Shown: piece by piece, positions 57,746-64,000 of the stretch
Layout of the letters: the number at the start of each line of letters is the position of its first letter
Numbering within the stretch: position 1 is the first letter of the stretch
Source of the DNA: the human T2T-CHM13v2.0 reference genome, Homo sapiens
Assembly (NCBI RefSeq): GCF_009914755.1
Contig: NC_060939.1
Direction: 5' to 3' (one strand)
Length of the DNA: 64,000 nucleotides
The notes under the pieces: model-generated
What the model saw: only the letters and a program-made list of their open reading frames with translations
What the model was told of the DNA's origin: nothing
Database searches by the model: none
Position numbers and translations under genes: made by a program

Positions 57746-58014
57746 TTAAGTTCATTTTTTATGATGTCATTCTTAAATTGAGACAGACTAGTTTAATACA
57801 TGACTCATTATTTGGCCCCAAATCTTCAGACTTGGTTTAATTTAGTGGAGTTACATTTTGGTCCTGGAACATTTGAGTAGAAGCAGAGAGAATGGAGGAT
57901 CTTGTTTCACTTACATCAGAAGATAACTGTGTTTGAGTAGTGGCTAATTCTGCTGCTTCCTCACAGAAGAAAATAGGAAAATCCCTGCCTGCTACTTCTT
58001 CCCACACATGCTCA

Positions 58015-58206
<192 letters not shown>

Positions 58207-58787
58207 TCAGCAGAGGGTACTGGCAAATGAGATGTCAAAAACAATTCCTCCAGAAAGCAGACTTTAAAATGACTCTTATGCGGAAGAAAGTGTGACATCC
58301 TCTATTTTGTAGGGGACTATCTTAGATCTGTTTCTCCTTTGAAATATGAGGCCTAAGACTTCCAAGCTGTAGGTAATATGAAAAATAAACATAAATTCTA
58401 GTAATGTTACCCATGTTTCTAACTTAGAATGTAGAAATTCTTCAAAGGGTACTATGAGTTAGGTCTTAGCCTCTTAAATTAAGAGGCCAAATATAAAAGA
58501 CAAAGCTCTATTTTGACATCTAAAGAGGAAAATCAGGATTATAGTTATATATTTGATAAATGCACTAATCAAATATGTGGTTTTCCGCACATGATTCTCT
58601 ATTTCAATAGCTCCCAAATGTCTCCTTCAAACTGGTGCCAGGTTAGCTGGGCTAAATTACTCAAGAGGCTTTTAAAATACATAGAACCCAAGCTCCAACC
58701 CCATCCCTGAGACTCTTAATTCAGTGGGCTCTAGAATCTGTGTTTTAAAAAATTTCCCTAGTAATTCAGATGCACATGCAGATTTAA

Positions 58788-59049
<262 letters not shown>

Positions 59050-59269
59050 TGATCTGCCCGCCTCGGCCTCCCTTACATGCATGAGCCACTGTGCCCGGCC
59101 AGAAAACGATTTCTACCAATTTCCTCCAACTAGATTGTACTAGCAAATCTCTTTATCTAGAACCAAGAATTGGGACAGGACATAGTAAATTCAAAATTTG
59201 TTGTTGAGGCCGGACACAGTGGCTCATGCCTGTAATCCTACACGTTGGGAAGCCGAGGCGGGTGAATCA

Positions 59270-59488
<219 letters not shown>

Positions 59489-59839
59489 TTAAAAAAAAAA
59501 AAATTTGTTGTTGAATGATACTGAAGACCCAGGTGTAGCTTTTTAAGTGGGCTTGGCTGTAGATATTAAAATCAAGATGGTTACAATTGGGTAGGATGAG
59601 AAAAGCTGTGGCTTGTCAAATCCATTGGTCTCGTCTCCCAACCTTCTTTCATACCTAAAAGAGTCAGTCACTTAAATTATTCAATTTCTCCCCTGAAAAA
59701 ATCACAAACATAAGTGCCATATATGAAATTGTAAGATACAGCAAAAGACAGTAAATATGCCTAAATATTAAGATTCATGTTGCTTCCCATTAATCCTATG
59801 AGATCTTTTGTAACTTTATAGGGGAAATTGAACATTACA

Positions 59840-60190
59840 TAGCAATAAAAAAGGAACAAACTATTGGCACATGTACCAATACAGATGAATTTTCAAACAT
59901 TATGGTGAGCTAAAGCTAGACATAAAAGAACACATGTGGTACAGTTATACTGATATGACAGCTAAGCACAGAGAAAAGTAATCTATGACAGGAGTCAAAA
60001 TAGTGATTAGCTTTAGAAGAAGGTTATGCCCAGGGAGGCATTTGAGGGAAGCTTCAGGGCTATGAAATGGTCTACGTTTTGATCTTTGTGGTAGTTATAC
60101 AAACAAATATCTGCAGAAAAATTCATCAAGCTGTATACTTAAAATCTGTGTGCTTTACTGTATGAAGTTATGTCTCAATGTTAAAAAATG
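59840..60190 (+). mobile_element. Old L1M 3'-end fragment
   Basis: Typical L1ME/L1MC 3'UTR text ending in an A-rich tail. Confidence 0.55.
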
Positions 60191-60446
60191 GTTACAAAAT
60201 CTTTTTCACTAGTGTACGGTCCTGCTATGCCAAAGACTACACGTTAGAACCCTTAATACTGAAAAGCCTTTTAAAAGAGTTTTTGCTAATATTGTGAGTA
60301 AAAATGGTATTCCTTGTACTTTGGTTTTAATTTGCATTTATTTGCAAGATTGTATTTTTTTCAGTTATTTGTTATTTCTTTTTAAGAGACTTGCTTGTTT
60401 TTTGTCAATGTATGTTTAGGGATTTACTTATGTATTTGTTTTTTGA

Positions 60447-60602
<156 letters not shown>

Positions 60603-60999
60603 TAAATTTTTTTGGAGAGATGAGGTCTCGCCATGTTGCCTAGGCTGTTCTTGAACTCCTGGGCTCAAGCGATCCTCCCAACTTGGCCTCCTAAAGTGTT
60701 AAGATTATAGGCATGAACCACTGCACCTGGCTATAGGAATTTAAAGGTGTAAGCCCCTTACAACATATACCAAACCTGTTTGTCCTATCTTAAGTTACGG
60801 CTTTTCCCCCTGGTTTTATGTAAGACTATTTATTACCAAAATATGCTTACAATTTTTTTTTACAAGTTTGTATAATTTTTTACAGGTTTGTACAAGTCGC
60901 CTAGCTAGGCTTGAACTCCTGGCCTCAAATGATCCTCCCACCTCAACATCCCAAAGCACTAGAATTACAGGCATGAGCCACTGTGCCCAGCCTCTTTTT

Positions 61000-63800
<2,801 letters not shown>

Positions 63801-64000
63801 TAGGGCAGTATTTCTCAAAGTGCGGTCCCCAAACCATCTGCATCAGTATCACCTAATAACTTATTAGAAATGTAAATTCTTTTTGTTTGTTTTGGTTAAT
63901 TTTTATGCTTTTTTGAGGCAGGTTCTTGTTCTGTCACCCAGGCTGTAGTGAAGTGACACAAGCACAGCTCACTATAACCTTGAATTCCTGGGCTCAAGTG

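Overview
Human (primate) genomic DNA, Alu/L1-rich, recognisable as the CAPN3/ZNF106 locus (15q15). Plus strand: most of CAPN3 intron 1, then coding exons 2-24 of muscle calpain-3 (14519-41821; catalytic Cys/His/Asn, IS1, IS2 with the KKKKTK NLS microexon, penta-EF hand) and its poly(A) signal at 42341. Minus strand, tail-to-tail about 0.5 kb away: the last eight coding exons of ZNF106 (WD40 repeats and C-terminal C2H2 fingers, 58182-47352) with a ~4.5 kb 3'UTR. Nearly all ORFs in the supplied track are Alu, microsatellite or intron read-through noise. Most notable signals: (1) a frameshifted, nonsense-bearing fossil of the lens-specific Lp82/AX1 first exon in intron 1, with a Maf-element/TATA-like promoter; (2) a 79-bp inverted copy of nearby DNA inserted between (TA)n tracts inside an Alu; (3) a dense splicing code: U12-type intron 19, an RBFOX cluster after the 18-nt exon 15, a 189-nt AG-exclusion zone before exon 6, latent donors in introns 12 and 14, and a GC-AG intron in ZNF106; (4) several fold-back palindrome scars, a solo HERV-K LTR and a U6 retrocopy. 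I found no CRISPR or prokaryote-type system, and nothing I can support as a wholly new biological system. Repeat subfamily names and repeat boundaries are by-eye calls.
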